Source: Candidatus Omnitrophota bacterium (lineage in GTDB: Bacteria > Omnitrophota > Gorgyraeia > Velamenicoccales > JABMQK01). From it: DNA of 64,000 bases. The DNA lies in contig JAQTSV010000001.1 in NCBI GenBank assembly GCA_028711115.1, positions 646,032 to 710,031 on the forward strand. Direction: 5' to 3'. Shown in pieces: positions 47,345-59,199 of this stretch; position 1 is the first letter of the stretch; each line of letters begins with the position of its first letter. The position numbers were made by a program, and so were the translations under genes. Under the pieces are notes generated by a model, which was not told the DNA's origin, searched no databases, and saw only the letters and a program-made list of their open reading frames with translations.

Positions 47345-50300
47345 ATGGATAATATAACTCTTTTTGACAGCATTACCATAAAGATATCGTCTCCCCAGAT
47401 TATTAAATCTTGGTCCAGGGGTGAAGTCAGGAAGGCAGAGACGATTAATTACCGTACTCTAAAACCGGAAAAAGACGGTTTGTTCTGCGAGCGTATTTTT
47501 GGTCCTGTGCGCGACTGGGAGTGTAATTGCGGTAAATATAAAGGTAATAAATTCAGAGGTATAGTTTGTGATAGATGCGGCGTAGAAGTAACAAAGTCCA
47601 GCGTACGCAGGGAAAGAATGGGCCATATTACCCTGGCTGCGCCGGTAACGCATATCTGGTTCTTTAAAGCTGTACCTTCCAGATTGTCAGCCCTATTAGA
47701 TATAGGTATAAGGAATTTGGAAAAAGTTATCTATTATGAGGAATACATTATTTTAGATCCGGGCGATACAGGATTAAAAAAGAGAGAACTTGTAAATGAC
47801 GAAAAGTATCATGAGCTTCTGAACAAGTACGGCAATTCCTTCAAGGCAAAGATCGGAGCCGAGGCAGTCCTGGATTTATTAAAAGAAATAGATCTCGATG
47901 CCCTTTCCAGGAAATTCAGAAAGCAGCTTGAGACTTCCAAGGAAGGCGCAAATACCAGAAAGATTACCAAGATTCTAAAGATTATAGAAGATTTCCGTAA
48001 GTCAGGAAATAAACCGGATTGGATGATTCTTGAGCTTCTGCCGGTTATTCCTCCTGATTTAAGACCTCTGGTTCCTTTGGACGGCGGCAGATTTGCCACA
48101 AGCGACCTGAATGATTTATACAGGCGCGTAATCAACAGGAATAACCGCTTAAAGAAACTCCTAGAACTGAATGCCCCGGAGATTATCATACGTAATGAGA
48201 AACGTATGCTGCAGGAGGCAGTGGATGCGCTTTTGGATAATGGCCGCCATGGCAGGCCTGTTTTAGGTTCTAATAATCGTCCGCTCAAATCATTATCCGA
48301 CATGCTTAAAGGAAAACAGGGCAGGTTCCGCCAGAATCTTTTGGGTAAGCGCGTGGATTATTCCGGCCGTTCTGTTATCGTAGTCGGGCCGGAACTGAAA
48401 TTGCATCAATGTGGTTTGCCTAAACAAATGGCTTTGGAATTATTTGAACCTTTCATCATAAAGAAATTAAGAGAAAAAGGATTCGTACATACAATTAAAG
48501 GCGCAAAACGCATGGTAGAAAGGGCAAAGATTGAAGTTTGGGATATTTTAGATGAAGTGATTAAAGATCATCCTATTTTGCTTAACCGTGCGCCTACGTT
48601 GCATCGTTTGAGCGTGCAGGCATTTCAGCCCGTACTCGTAGAAGGCAAGGCCATAAGGATTCATCCTCTGGTCTGTGCTGCTTTTAACGCTGATTTTGAC
48701 GGCGACCAGATGGCAGTGCACGTGCCGTTGTCTTTAGAGTCGCAGATGGAATCGCGCCTGCTTATGTTATCTGTAAATAATGTTTTTTCTCCTGCTGACG
48801 GCCGCCCCATAATTACCCCTACCCAAGACATAATTTTAGGATTGTGTTATCTCAGCAAAATTAAACTTAAAGCAAAAGGCGAAGGAAAGATATTCAGCAA
48901 TTGTACAGAAGCCATGATGGCTTATGACGATGACGAGATACATCTGCAGGCAAAGATTAAACTGCGCATTGATAAGGTATATAATTTGGCCGCACAGGAA
49001 TTAGAGACAGACAAAAAGATTATCGATACCACGGTGGGCAGAATAATTTTTAATCAACTCCTGCCTTCTGAATACGGGTTTGTGAATTTAGAATTAAATA
49101 AAAAGGTTGTGGGTCAGATTGTAGCAGCTTGTTATAAACGCTTTGGTCATGACCGCACGATTAAATTATTGGATGCCACCAAAGATCTGGGTTTTGAGTT
49201 TGCCACCATAGGCGGCATTTCTATTTCTGTTGATGATTTAAAAATTCCCAAAGATAAACAGAAGTGTTTGGATGAAGCGAATCAGGAAGTAGATAAAATT
49301 AGAGATCAATATAAGAAAGGTATAATCACCAAGGGTGAGCTGCATAATAAGACGATTGATATTTGGACTCACACCACAGATAAAGTTGCAGACCTGGTAT
49401 TTAACGGAATGGATAGTTTCAATCCTATATTTATGATGGCGGATTCCGGCGCAAGAGGCTCGAGGCTTCAGGTAAGGCAGCTGGCTGGTATGCGCGGCCT
49501 GATGGCAAAGCCGTCTGGCGAAATTATAGAAAACCCGATTACAGCCAATTTCCGTGAAGGCCTGACAGTGCTCGAATATTTTATTTCTACGCACGGCGCA
49601 AGAAAAGGTCTGGCTGATACTGCGTTAAAAACAGCAGACGCAGGATACTTGACACGCCGCCTGGTAGATGTGGCTCAGGAAATTATCATTACAGAGGAAG
49701 ATTGCGGCACTTTGAACGGCATAACTCTTTCTGCAATTATTGAAGGCGACGAAATAGTGGTTCCTTTAAAAGAAAGAGTTTTTGGTAGAGTGGCTCTGGA
49801 CAATGTGGTGGATATTATCACTGACGAAATTATTGTAGAGGCAGGCCAGGAGATAACCGAAGAAAAGGCCGAAATGATTGAGAAATTAGGTATTGAAAAA
49901 ATCCGTATCCGCAGCGTTCTTACCTGTGAATCGGAGCGCGGCATTTGCGTGAAGTGTTACGGAAGAAATTTGGCCACTGGCAGATTGGTAGAGGTGGGTG
50001 AGGCCGTAGGTGTTATTGCTGCACAGAGTATAGGCGAGCCGGGAACCCAGCTGACTATGAGAACATTCCATATCGGCGGTACGGCTTCCAGAATCGTAGA
50101 ACAATCATTTATCCGTTCCAAGAATAAAGGTATATTAAAATTCCATAATTTGAGAGTTGTAGAAAAAGGTAAAGAAATTATTGTTTTAAATAGAAACGGC
50201 TTCTTAAGCCTTAATGACGAGCAGGGCCGTGAATTGGAACGCCATCCCATACCTCAGGGCAGTTTTATTTCTGCGCGTGAGGATGAAGTAGTTGCCAAAG

Positions 50301-51409
50301 GCGTTATATTCGTGAGATGGGATCCTTACACATCTCCTATTTTGACAGAAGTCAGCGGCATAGTTAAGTACGAAGACATAAAAGAAAACGTGACTATGCG
50401 CGAGGAATTAAATCCCGCCACCGGTATTACAGAACGTATCATCGTTGAACACAAAACAGATTTCCATCCCCAGATAATAATTATGGATAATAAAGGCGAA
50501 ATCTTAGGTATATATCCCGTATCCATCAATGCCCACATATTGGTAAAAGATGGCCAGGAAATAAAAGGTGGCGAACTTTTAGCCAAGATACCCCGAGTAG
50601 TAACCAAGACCAGAGATATTACCGGCGGTCTACCCAGAGTGGCAGAACTATTCGAGGCGCGTCGGCCGAAAGATCCCGCAGTTATTTCTGAAATAGACGG
50701 TTTTATAGAATTCGGCGAGACGAAAAAAGGCCAGCGGCAGATTATCGTCCGGTCATCTACCGGCATGAAGAGAGAATACGCAATTCCCCACGGTAAACAT
50801 CCTAATGTCTACAAAGGTGACAAAGTTACAGCCGGCCAGCAGCTTACTGATGGGCCTGTTGTTCCTCAGGATATTCTGCATGTGCGTGGCGATAAAGTTC
50901 TGCAGGAATATTTAGTTAACGAAGTTCAGGAAGTTTATAGATTACAAGGTGTGCACATCAATGATAAACACATCGAGTTAATTATCCGCCAGATGTTAAG
51001 AAAGATACGCATCGAAGAACCTGGAGACAGTGAATTCCTGATAGGCCAACACGTGGACAGGTGGAAATTCCAGAAGGAGAATCAGAAGATAATCAAGAAA
51101 GGCGGAAAGCCAGCTTCGGCAACGCCTTTACTTTTAGGCATAACCAAGTCTTCAATTACAACCGAGAGTTTTATTTCCGCAGCCAGTTTCCAGGAGACAA
51201 CAAGAATTCTCACTGAAGCCGCAGCAGCCGGCAAAAAAGATGAATTATTCGGCTTAAAAGAAAATGTAATAGTCGGCCATCTTATTCCGGCAGGCACAGG
51301 TTTAAGATATTATCGCGATGTAAATATAGAAAAAGAAAGTTCAGAAATATTATCTGAAGAAAAAGGGAGTACAGAGAATGTCACCAACGATAGCGCAGTT
51401 AATACGTAA
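47345..51409 (+). CDS. rpoC: DNA-directed RNA polymerase beta-prime subunit
   Basis: 1354 aa with Zn finger [13 protein letters not shown] and catalytic [12 protein letters not shown]. Confidence 0.98.
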   Translation: MDNITLFDSITIKISSPQIIKSWSRGEVRKAETINYRTLKPEKDGLFCERIFGPVRDWECNCGKYKGNKFRGIVCDRCGVEVTKSSVRRERMGHITLAAPVTHIWFFKAVPSRLSALLDIGIRNLEKVIYYEEYIILDPGDTGLKKRELVNDEKYHELLNKYGNSFKAKIGAEAVLDLLKEIDLDALSRKFRKQLETSKEGANTRKITKILKIIEDFRKSGNKPDWMILELLPVIPPDLRPLVPLDGGRFATSDLNDLYRRVINRNNRLKKLLELNAPEIIIRNEKRMLQEAVDALLDNGRHGRPVLGSNNRPLKSLSDMLKGKQGRFRQNLLGKRVDYSGRSVIVVGPELKLHQCGLPKQMALELFEPFIIKKLREKGFVHTIKGAKRMVERAKIEVWDILDEVIKDHPILLNRAPTLHRLSVQAFQPVLVEGKAIRIHPLVCAAFNADFDGDQMAVHVPLSLESQMESRLLMLSVNNVFSPADGRPIITPTQDIILGLCYLSKIKLKAKGEGKIFSNCTEAMMAYDDDEIHLQAKIKLRIDKVYNLAAQELETDKKIIDTTVGRIIFNQLLPSEYGFVNLELNKKVVGQIVAACYKRFGHDRTIKLLDATKDLGFEFATIGGISISVDDLKIPKDKQKCLDEANQEVDKIRDQYKKGIITKGELHNKTIDIWTHTTDKVADLVFNGMDSFNPIFMMADSGARGSRLQVRQLAGMRGLMAKPSGEIIENPITANFREGLTVLEYFISTHGARKGLADTALKTADAGYLTRRLVDVAQEIIITEEDCGTLNGITLSAIIEGDEIVVPLKERVFGRVALDNVVDIITDEIIVEAGQEITEEKAEMIEKLGIEKIRIRSVLTCESERGICVKCYGRNLATGRLVEVGEAVGVIAAQSIGEPGTQLTMRTFHIGGTASRIVEQSFIRSKNKGILKFHNLRVVEKGKEIIVLNRNGFLSLNDEQGRELERHPIPQGSFISAREDEVVAKGVIFVRWDPYTSPILTEVSGIVKYEDIKENVTMREELNPATGITERIIVEHKTDFHPQIIIMDNKGEILGIYPVSINAHILVKDGQEIKGGELLAKIPRVVTKTRDITGGLPRVAELFEARRPKDPAVISEIDGFIEFGETKKGQRQIIVRSSTGMKREYAIPHGKHPNVYKGDKVTAGQQLTDGPVVPQDILHVRGDKVLQEYLVNEVQEVYRLQGVHINDKHIELIIRQMLRKIRIEEPGDSEFLIGQHVDRWKFQKENQKIIKKGGKPASATPLLLGITKSSITTESFISAASFQETTRILTEAAAAGKKDELFGLKENVIVGHLIPAGTGLRYYRDVNIEKESSEILSEEKGSTENVTNDSAVNT

Positions 51410-51752
51410 AGACAGGATTCTAAAGACCAGAAAGTCAAAGTCTCCGGCATTAAAAGGATGCCCTCAGAGGAGAGGCGTCTGTTTGCAGGTGAGGACTATG
51501 ACTCCCAAAAAACCCAATTCAGCTTTACGTAAAATTGCGCGCGTGCGTTTGACAACAGGAATAGAAGTCACATCTTATATTCCAGGCGAAGGACATAATC
51601 TGCAGGAACATTCTATAGTTTTAGTCAGAGGCGGAAGAGTCAAGGATTTGCCCGGCGTGCGTTATCACATAGTCCGCGGCACTTTAGATACAGCTGGCGT
51701 GGCAAATAGAAAGAGGTCGCGTTCAAAATACGGGGCAAAGAAACCTAAATAA
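51378..51752 (+). CDS. rpsL: 30S ribosomal protein S12
   Basis: 124 aa with PTIAQLIRK...[15 protein letters not shown]...PNSALRK. The start overlaps the rpoC 3-prime end by 32 nt. Confidence 0.97.
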   Translation: MSPTIAQLIRKDRILKTRKSKSPALKGCPQRRGVCLQVRTMTPKKPNSALRKIARVRLTTGIEVTSYIPGEGHNLQEHSIVLVRGGRVKDLPGVRYHIVRGTLDTAGVANRKRSRSKYGAKKPK

Positions 51753-51765
51753 ATTAGTCGGATAG

Positions 51766-51787
51766 TCGGTTAGTAAAAACTAACCGA
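51766..51787 (+). promoter_or_regulatory. Perfect hairpin in the rpsL-rpsG spacer
   Basis: TCGGTTAGT-AAAA-ACTAACCGA (9-bp stem), preceded by a TAGTCGG direct repeat. No U-tail. Confidence 0.4.
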
Positions 51788-51817
51788 TAGCTAGATTAGC
51801 TAAAACAAACCAAAAAT

Positions 51818-52288
51818 ATGAGAAGAAGAAGAGCAGAAATAAGAGAAGTCTTACCGGATCCCAAATACGATAATAAAATAGTCACCAAGTTTATTAATAT
51901 CGTTATGCAGCAAGGCAAACGTTCAATCGCCGAAGGTATTGTTTACGGGGCCTTCGATATATTGAAAGAAAAGACAGGCGAGCCAGATGCGATGAAGGCT
52001 TTCCAGAAGGCATTGGATAATGTAAGGCCGCGCCTGGAAGTAAAACCGAGGCGTATAGGAGGAGCCACATATCAGGTTCCTCTCGAAGTAAGGGCTGAAC
52101 GGGGCACTTCCATAGCTATGCGTTGGCTGAAAGATTTTGCCAGGGCTAAAAAAGGTAAACCCATGGTGGAAAAATTAGCAGAGGAGTTAATTTTAGCGTA
52201 TAAAGGCGAAGGTTCTGCCATGAAGAAACGGGACGATACACATAAGATGGCAGAAGCCAACAAGGCATTTGCACATTTTAGATGGTAA
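51818..52288 (+). CDS. rpsG: 30S ribosomal protein S7
   Basis: 156 aa with [16 protein letters not shown] and [11 protein letters not shown]. Confidence 0.97.
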   Translation: MRRRRAEIREVLPDPKYDNKIVTKFINIVMQQGKRSIAEGIVYGAFDILKEKTGEPDAMKAFQKALDNVRPRLEVKPRRIGGATYQVPLEVRAERGTSIAMRWLKDFARAKKGKPMVEKLAEELILAYKGEGSAMKKRDDTHKMAEANKAFAHFRW

Positions 52289-52296
52289 TGTTAACA

Positions 52297-54369
52297 ATGA
52301 TAAGAAAAGTTGATTTAGATAAAATCAGGAATATCGGTATCATCGCTCATATTGATGCCGGCAAAACCACGACTACCGAAAGGCTCCTGTATTATACCGG
52401 TAGAATTTATAAGATGGGCGAGGTGCATGAAGGCACAACCACGATGGACTGGATGGTGCAGGAACAGGAAAGAGGCATTACCATTACTTCGGCGGCCACG
52501 ACGTGTGAATGGAAAGACTGTCAGATAAATATAATTGATACGCCTGGCCACGTGGATTTTACCATAGAGGTGGAAAGATCGCTTAAGGTATTAGACGGGG
52601 CAGTGGTGGTTTTTTGCGGAGTAGGCGGAGTAGAGCCGCAGTCCGAGACAGTCTGGAGGCAAGCAGATAAATATAAGGTACCGCGCATTGCTTATGTCAA
52701 CAAGATGGATAGAGTCGGCGCAGATTATTTCGTTTGCATTGAGCAGATACAGTCGCGTTTAGGGGCCCATCCGGCAGCAATAAATTTACCTTATTTTAAG
52801 AATGAGGAACTTGTGGGGGTTATTGATTTAATCGAAGAGGAACTTTTTACTTACCGTGACGCAGACGGCGAAGAGATGGAAAAATCCAGCATACCTTCCG
52901 ATTATATTGCTATGGCTAGAAAATACAGGGATATAATGTTAGAGCGCATAGCAGAATTTAACGAGGAAATTTTCAGCAAAATCGTACACGGTCAGCATAT
53001 CGAAAAAGAAGAGATAAAAAAGGCAATAAGAGAAGGCGTAATTAAGAATAAATTTGTTCCGGTTTTAGCCGGTTCGTCTTTGAAGAATAAGGGGTTGCAG
53101 TTGGTGCTCGATGCCATATGTGAATATTTGCCGTCACCGTTAAACGCGCCTCCGATTAAAGGTATGGATCCGGATACAGGTGAATATAAAGAATTAATCA
53201 TCGACGATGAAGCGCCTTTGTGTGCTTTATGTTTTAAGGTTATGACAGACCCGTATGTAGGCAGATTAAGCTACGTGCGTTTATATTCAGGACAAATAAA
53301 AGCAGGCGATTATATATATAATGCCACCAAGAGAGAAAGAGAAAAGGTTACAAAATTGGTTTATATGCACGCCAATAAACAGGAGATTGCGGACAAGATT
53401 TCCTGCGGTGAGATTGCCGCAATAGTCGGGCTTAAAGAAACCAAGACAGGAGATACTCTTTGTGAAAAAGATTCACCTATAATATTAGAGGAGATGAAAT
53501 TTCCCGAACCGGTAGTTTCTCTGGCAATCGAACCTAAGACAAAGGTCGATCAGGAACGCCTCGGTTTTGTTCTGAAGAAATTAGAGGAAGAAGATCCTTC
53601 TTTCAGGGTAAGATATAATAGTGAAACAGGCCAGACCGTTATTTCCGGAATGGGGCAACTGCATTTGGAAATTCTCGTGGACAGGATGTTGCGGGAATTT
53701 AATGTTGGTGCAAATGTGGGCAGGCCACAGGTCGCCTACAGGGAGACCATTACCAAGAGAGCGCATGCAGTGGGTAAATTTATCCAGCAGACAGGCGGCC
53801 GCGGCCAATACGGGCACGTAGTCATAGAAATGGAACCGCAGGATGCCAGCAAGGGCATTACCTTCCAGGATAAGACAAAAGGGGGCTCCATACCGCGCGA
53901 ATATATTTCTTCGGTAGAAGACGGCATTATGACTGCTGCGGAGAGCGGTTTGTTGGCAAGCTATCCTGTTACTGGTGTTGTAGTCACACTCGTGGATGGT
54001 TCTTATCATGAAGTTGATTCTTCAGAAATAGCATTCAAAATGGCTGCTTCTATTGCTTTTTCCGAAGGCCTGAAAAAGGCAAAGACAGTTTTGCTCGAGC
54101 CGATTATGGAGATAGAAATTATTGTACCCGAGGAATATGTTGGCGTAGTAATAGGCGATTTTAACAGCAGGAGAGGCAAGGTTCTTTCTTTGGGCCAACG
54201 CGCAAATGCAAGGTTAGTTTTAGGCAATATTCCTTTAGCAGAGACTTTTGATTATGCTACTGCACTGCGTTCACTTACGCAAGGCAGGGCATCCTATACA
54301 ATGGAGCCCTCTTTTTATCAAGAGGTGCCAGCAGATATATTATTTAAATTAGGAATAGGTATTAAATAA
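52297..54369 (+). CDS. fusA: Elongation factor G
   Basis: [16 protein letters not shown] and DTPGHVDF. The ATG at 52297 is preferred; in-frame ATGs at 52282 and 52288 are alternatives. Confidence 0.96.
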   Translation: MIRKVDLDKIRNIGIIAHIDAGKTTTTERLLYYTGRIYKMGEVHEGTTTMDWMVQEQERGITITSAATTCEWKDCQINIIDTPGHVDFTIEVERSLKVLDGAVVVFCGVGGVEPQSETVWRQADKYKVPRIAYVNKMDRVGADYFVCIEQIQSRLGAHPAAINLPYFKNEELVGVIDLIEEELFTYRDADGEEMEKSSIPSDYIAMARKYRDIMLERIAEFNEEIFSKIVHGQHIEKEEIKKAIREGVIKNKFVPVLAGSSLKNKGLQLVLDAICEYLPSPLNAPPIKGMDPDTGEYKELIIDDEAPLCALCFKVMTDPYVGRLSYVRLYSGQIKAGDYIYNATKREREKVTKLVYMHANKQEIADKISCGEIAAIVGLKETKTGDTLCEKDSPIILEEMKFPEPVVSLAIEPKTKVDQERLGFVLKKLEEEDPSFRVRYNSETGQTVISGMGQLHLEILVDRMLREFNVGANVGRPQVAYRETITKRAHAVGKFIQQTGGRGQYGHVVIEMEPQDASKGITFQDKTKGGSIPREYISSVEDGIMTAAESGLLASYPVTGVVVTLVDGSYHEVDSSEIAFKMAASIAFSEGLKKAKTVLLEPIMEIEIIVPEEYVGVVIGDFNSRRGKVLSLGQRANARLVLGNIPLAETFDYATALRSLTQGRASYTMEPSFYQEVPADILFKLGIGIK

Positions 54370-54418
54370 TTTTACCACAGGGTAAGAATAAAAGCCCTGT
54401 GCTTTAAGGAGGTGTTTG

Positions 54419-55612
54419 ATGGCTAAAGAAAAGTTTGTAAGAGCAAAGCCACACGTTAACATTGGTACGATTGGACACGTCGATCATGGTAAGACCACGC
54501 TCACTTCAGCTATTACAATGACACTGCACAATAAAGGTCTTGCAGAAGCCAGGCCGTACGATTCAATTGATAATGCACCGGAAGAGAGAGAAAGAGGCGT
54601 AACTATTAATATCTCTCACGTTGAATACCAGACAGATACCAGGCACTACGCACATATCGACTGTCCTGGTCACGCCGACTACATAAAGAACATGATTACC
54701 GGCGCAGCTCAGATGGATGGTGCAATTCTGGTTGTTTCCGCAGCTGATGGTCCAATGCCTCAGACAAGAGAACATATTCTCTTGGCAAGGCAGGTTAACG
54801 TTCCGGCAATAGTTGTGTTTTTAAACAAGTGCGATATGGTCGATGATAAAGAACTCATTGATCTGGTGGAAGTCGAAGTCAGGGATTTACTGACGAAGTA
54901 TAACTTCCCCGGCGATAAGACGCCAATCATCAGAGGAAGTGCTTTAGAAGCGATGAATAATCCCAAGGATGCAACAAAGACACAATGCATACTGGATTTA
55001 ATGAAGGCAGTAGATGAATTCATACCTTTACCCAAGAGAGAATTAGAAAAGCCGTTTTTGATGGCAATAGAAGACGTATTCTCTATTTCCGGTAGAGGCA
55101 CAGTAGGAACCGGCAGAATCGAGCGTGGCAAGATAAAGATAAATGAAAATATCGATATCGTTGGTCTGCGCCCGGAAGTTCAGAAGTCAGTTGTAACTGG
55201 CATTGAAATGTTCAGAAAACTTTTGGATGAAGGCCAAGCCGGCGATAACGTGGGTTTACTACTGAGAGGAATTGAGAAGGAACACCTGGAGAGAGGAATG
55301 GTTTTAGCTGCACCTGGCTCCATTACACCACATACCAAGTTTAAGGCGCAGATTTACGTTCTCACGAAAGAGGAAGGCGGTAGACATACGCCATTCTTCA
55401 AGGGTTATCGTCCTCAGTTCTATTTCAGGACTACTGACGTTACCGGCAGTGTTGTTCTGCCGCAAGGGGTAGAAATGGTTATGCCCGGTGACAATATCAC
55501 CATCGAGGCAGAATTAATCATACCCATTGCCATGGAGAAAGAATTGCGTTTTGCTATTCGTGAAGGCGGACATACAGTTGGTGCAGGAGTTATTTCAGAA
55601 ATAATAGCATAA
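54419..55612 (+). CDS. tuf: Elongation factor Tu
   Basis: MAKEKF...[24 protein letters not shown] at 54419 with AAGGAGG SD; the track starts 3 nt earlier at a TTG. Confidence 0.98.
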   Translation: MAKEKFVRAKPHVNIGTIGHVDHGKTTLTSAITMTLHNKGLAEARPYDSIDNAPEERERGVTINISHVEYQTDTRHYAHIDCPGHADYIKNMITGAAQMDGAILVVSAADGPMPQTREHILLARQVNVPAIVVFLNKCDMVDDKELIDLVEVEVRDLLTKYNFPGDKTPIIRGSALEAMNNPKDATKTQCILDLMKAVDEFIPLPKRELEKPFLMAIEDVFSISGRGTVGTGRIERGKIKINENIDIVGLRPEVQKSVVTGIEMFRKLLDEGQAGDNVGLLLRGIEKEHLERGMVLAAPGSITPHTKFKAQIYVLTKEEGGRHTPFFKGYRPQFYFRTTDVTGSVVLPQGVEMVMPGDNITIEAELIIPIAMEKELRFAIREGGHTVGAGVISEIIA

Positions 55613-55737
55613 AACAACACGAATACTCACGCATTACACACAAATTATCACGAATTGTAAATCAAGAGATTATTTGTGTAAATTCAGCCAAAGGCGGATC
55701 AGCCTAGGGCTGAAGTGTAAATAGTGTTTAAAACAAA

Positions 55738-56046
55738 ATGGCCAAAGAACAAATTATAAGAATCAAGCTCAAGGCGTATGATCATCGTTTGATTGATCAA
55801 TCAGCTTTGGAGATTGCAGAGACAGCCAGGCGTACAGGCGCAAAAGTTTCCGGGCCTATTCCCTTGCCGACGAAAAAAGAGATTTATACCGTCAATCGCT
55901 CTCCGGTGATTGACAAGAAATCTCGGGAACAATTTATGTTGGCGACCCATAAGCGCCTTTTGGAATTAGTTGCCCCCACAGCAAAGACTATTGATGCCTT
56001 GAGGAAACTAAATCTGCCGGCTGGAGTGCATGTTGAGATAAAATAA
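55738..56046 (+). CDS. rpsJ: 30S ribosomal protein S10
   Basis: 102 aa with [16 protein letters not shown]. Confidence 0.97.
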   Translation: MAKEQIIRIKLKAYDHRLIDQSALEIAETARRTGAKVSGPIPLPTKKEIYTVNRSPVIDKKSREQFMLATHKRLLELVAPTAKTIDALRKLNLPAGVHVEIK

Positions 56047-56116
56047 AATTTCAGCCTGCATATATTCTGCGTATCTTGGCGGGCTTATTGTAGGTAAGAA
56101 ATAAAAGTTAAATAAA

Positions 56117-56743
56117 ATGGTAGACACAATATTAGGCAGAAAAATCGGAATGACCAGGATTTTTGACGAGAATGGCACGACCATTCCTGTTACGGCAATT
56201 TCTGTCGGCCCCTGTGTTATCTTGGGTCACACAGACAAAAACATTCGCTTAGGTTACGAAGATATCGAGGAAAAAGATACAAAGAAACCGCAACTGGGAA
56301 TGTTCAAGAAATTAAATGTTTCGCCCAAGCGCATTATAAGAGAAGTAAGGAATAGGACTAGTGACCAAGAGGTTAAAGTCGGCAGCGAAGTCAAGGTGGA
56401 CATATTCAAAAAAGGTGATTTTGTCGATGTGGTGGGTATTTCTATCGGAAAAGGATTTGCTGGTGGTATGAAACGCTGGAATTGGAAATGTGGAGATATG
56501 GCGCACGGTTCAATGAGCCATCGTCGCCCTGGTTCATCGGGTTCCAATACTACTCCCGGCAGGGTTTTTAAAGGCCACCATCTTCCGGGACATTTGGGTA
56601 ACAGCCAGACCACAGTTCAGAATCTAAAGATAATGAAGGTGGATTTGCAAAATAATATCATACTTGTTAAGGGGCAGGCCCCGGGTTACAAAAGCAGTCT
56701 ATTAATAATAGGTAAGGCCAAGAAGAAACAGAATAAGGCATAA
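56117..56743 (+). CDS. rplC: 50S ribosomal protein L3
   Basis: 208 aa with ILGRKIGMTRIF and GKGFAGGMKRWN. Confidence 0.97.
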   Translation: MVDTILGRKIGMTRIFDENGTTIPVTAISVGPCVILGHTDKNIRLGYEDIEEKDTKKPQLGMFKKLNVSPKRIIREVRNRTSDQEVKVGSEVKVDIFKKGDFVDVVGISIGKGFAGGMKRWNWKCGDMAHGSMSHRRPGSSGSNTTPGRVFKGHHLPGHLGNSQTTVQNLKIMKVDLQNNIILVKGQAPGYKSSLLIIGKAKKKQNKA

Positions 56744-57405
56744 TGAAGACAAAAGAAAAAAGAGAAAAACAAGAAAAAGAATTGATAGTTCTTCCGGTAG
56801 TAGATACTGCGGGAAAAGAAGTAGAAAAAATAGAATTAGATTCCAAAGTATTTGACGGAAGAGTAAGCAGCGGCAGTATCTATCGGGCAGTGCATAATTA
56901 TCTGGCCAATAAAAGAGGCGGAAATGCCTCTACCAAAGACCGTGCAGAAGTTGCCGGAAGCGGAAAGAAACCTTGGCGTCAGAAAGGCACTGGCAGGGCA
57001 AGGGTGGGAAGCGTTCGCACGCCGCTTTGGCGACACGGCGGAACTGTATTTGGCCCGCAACCCAGGGATTTCAGTTATTCCCTGCCAACCAAAATTAAAA
57101 AATTAGCCTTAAAGTCAATTTTAAATAATCGCGCTTTAAATAATGACATTATTATTCTTAATACTTTAGTGTTGGAAGATAATAAAACCAAGACATTCGC
57201 CAATATTCTAAAGAAATTGAAATTAAAAGAGAAAACATTGTTAGTGGCTAATTCTATCAGCGACAACCTTATGCTTTCTACAAGGAATATACCCAATATT
57301 TTCCTTACGGATTCCAGATGTGTCAATGCTTATGATGTTTTAAGATCCAAAAAAATGCTGATTACAAAAGATGCCCTGCATAAAGTAATAGAGAGGCTGA
57401 AATAA
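56743..57405 (+). CDS. rplD: 50S ribosomal protein L4
   Basis: 220 aa with KPWRQKGTGRARVGS. Has a ~14-aa K/E-rich N-terminal extension. Confidence 0.95.
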   Translation: MKTKEKREKQEKELIVLPVVDTAGKEVEKIELDSKVFDGRVSSGSIYRAVHNYLANKRGGNASTKDRAEVAGSGKKPWRQKGTGRARVGSVRTPLWRHGGTVFGPQPRDFSYSLPTKIKKLALKSILNNRALNNDIIILNTLVLEDNKTKTFANILKKLKLKEKTLLVANSISDNLMLSTRNIPNIFLTDSRCVNAYDVLRSKKMLITKDALHKVIERLK

Positions 57406-57677
57406 TGTATAAAGATATTATAAATACTTTAATTCATACAGAGAAAAGCACTGTACAGGAAGAGAAGGGTAAATTTCTCTTTTGGGTTAAAAAGGCAGCT
57501 ACCAAGCCACAGATTAAAAAAGCCGTGGAGGATATTTATAAAGTAAGCGTGACCAAGGTAAATACGTGTATTGTACCGGCCAAGGCAAAACGCGTAAGGC
57601 AGCAATTAGGATATACCTCTGACTGGAAAAAGGCGGTAGTGACTTTAAAGGAAGGCCAGAAAATAGAAATAAAGTAG
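57405..57677 (+). CDS. rplW: 50S ribosomal protein L23
   Basis: 90 aa; position and the KKAVEDIYKVSVTKVNT pattern. Confidence 0.95.
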   Translation: MYKDIINTLIHTEKSTVQEEKGKFLFWVKKAATKPQIKKAVEDIYKVSVTKVNTCIVPAKAKRVRQQLGYTSDWKKAVVTLKEGQKIEIK

Positions 57678-57686
57678 GAAACCACT

Positions 57687-58520
57687 ATGGGTCTAAAAAA
57701 GTTTAAACCTGTAACACCGAGTTTGCGCTGGACGGAAATCTCTGATTTCTCAGAAATCACCAAGGACCATCCAGAGAAGAAATTATTGGCCCCGTTAAGA
57801 AAAACAGGCGGCCGCAATAATTATGGCCGGCTTACCAGTTATAATATAGGCGGCGGCCACAAGAGGATGTACAGGATTATTGATTTTAGGCGCGACAGAT
57901 TAGATGTGGCAGCCAAGGTTTTAGCTATCGAATATGATCCTAACCGTTCATCAAGGATTGCTCTTTTGGAATATCCTGATAGTCAGAGAAGCTATATTGT
58001 CGCTCCTTTAGGTTTAGGTGTTGGCGATGAAATCACCAGCACAAAAGGTTCTAACGCTGAAATAAAGACCGGTAATTGTATGCCTTTAAGATATATTCCC
58101 CTGGGCACATTTATCCATAATATAGAATTAAAGGAAGGCGAAGGCGCGCAGATGGTGCGCAGCGCCGGCAATTCAGCCCAGATTATGGCCAAGGAGGGGG
58201 ATTTCGCACACATAAGGCTTCCTTCAGCCGAAGTGCGTTTAGTTAAATTGGATTGCCGTGCAGTAATCGGCCAGGTGGGCAATATAGATCACGAGGCAAT
58301 GTCTATAGGCAAGGCAGGGAGAAACCGTTGGTTGGGAATAAGGCCCGGCGTAAGAGGAAGTGCAATGAATCCTATCGACCATCCGCATGGCGGAGGCGAA
58401 GGTAAGGCAGGCCAGGGCAATCCTCATCCTGTCAGTCCTTGGGGTATGCCCACAAAAGGTTATAAAACACGCAAGAAAAAGAAATTTTCCGAGAGATTCA
58501 TTATAAAACACAGAAGATAA
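57687..58520 (+). CDS. rplB: 50S ribosomal protein L2
   Basis: 277 aa with GRNNYGRLT and [12 protein letters not shown]. Confidence 0.98.
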   Translation: MGLKKFKPVTPSLRWTEISDFSEITKDHPEKKLLAPLRKTGGRNNYGRLTSYNIGGGHKRMYRIIDFRRDRLDVAAKVLAIEYDPNRSSRIALLEYPDSQRSYIVAPLGLGVGDEITSTKGSNAEIKTGNCMPLRYIPLGTFIHNIELKEGEGAQMVRSAGNSAQIMAKEGDFAHIRLPSAEVRLVKLDCRAVIGQVGNIDHEAMSIGKAGRNRWLGIRPGVRGSAMNPIDHPHGGGEGKAGQGNPHPVSPWGMPTKGYKTRKKKKFSERFIIKHRR

Positions 58521-58537
58521 AAACTTTGAGGTAAAAA

Positions 58538-58825
58538 ATGCCGCGTTCGCTGAAAAAAGGTCCTTTTGTTGAAGAGTGTCTGGTGGAAAAAGTAGAGAGT
58601 TCCCGCAGGCAAGGGATTAAACAGCCCATAAAGACTTGGTCAAGGCGTTCTACGATAATTCCTGATTTTATAGGTTATACCATTGCTGTTTATGACGGCA
58701 GAAAACACGTGCCGATTTTTGTTACGGAAAATATGGTGGGGCACAAATTGGGTGAATTCGCCCCCACCAGAATATTCAGAAAACACGGTGGCGTAAAGGC
58801 AAAGAAGGCGCCGGAAAAGACATAA
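58538..58825 (+). CDS. rpsS: 30S ribosomal protein S19
   Basis: 95 aa with PRSLKKGPF and [12 protein letters not shown]. Confidence 0.97.
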   Translation: MPRSLKKGPFVEECLVEKVESSRRQGIKQPIKTWSRRSTIIPDFIGYTIAVYDGRKHVPIFVTENMVGHKLGEFAPTRIFRKHGGVKAKKAPEKT

Positions 58826-58840
58826 GATTATTCAAAAGCC

Positions 58841-59185
58841 ATGATAGCAAAAGCAGAATTAAAATTTGTCAGAGGTTCAGCCAGAAAGATACGTCAGGTA
58901 ATCGATTTAATCCGTAATCTCGACGTAGCAAAGGCCCTGGCTATATTGTCCAATACAAACAAAAAGCCAAAGGTGGCTGTAGAGAAATTACTCAAATCCG
59001 CAATCAGCAATGCCAAGAATAAAGGATTAAAGGAAGATGACCTGTATATTTCCAAGATTGTGGCTGATGAGGCTGCGCGCTGGAAAAGATACAGACCGGC
59101 TGCTTTCGGCAGGGCAACAGAAATATTGAAAAGAACAAGCCATATCAAAATAGAACTGGATTTAAGATCAGGATTTAAAAAGTAA
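58841..59185 (+). CDS. rplV: 50S ribosomal protein L22
   Basis: 114 aa with RGSARKIRQVIDLIR. Confidence 0.96.
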   Translation: MIAKAELKFVRGSARKIRQVIDLIRNLDVAKALAILSNTNKKPKVAVEKLLKSAISNAKNKGLKEDDLYISKIVADEAARWKRYRPAAFGRATEILKRTSHIKIELDLRSGFKK

Positions 59186-59199
59186 AATTTGGAGGTATT

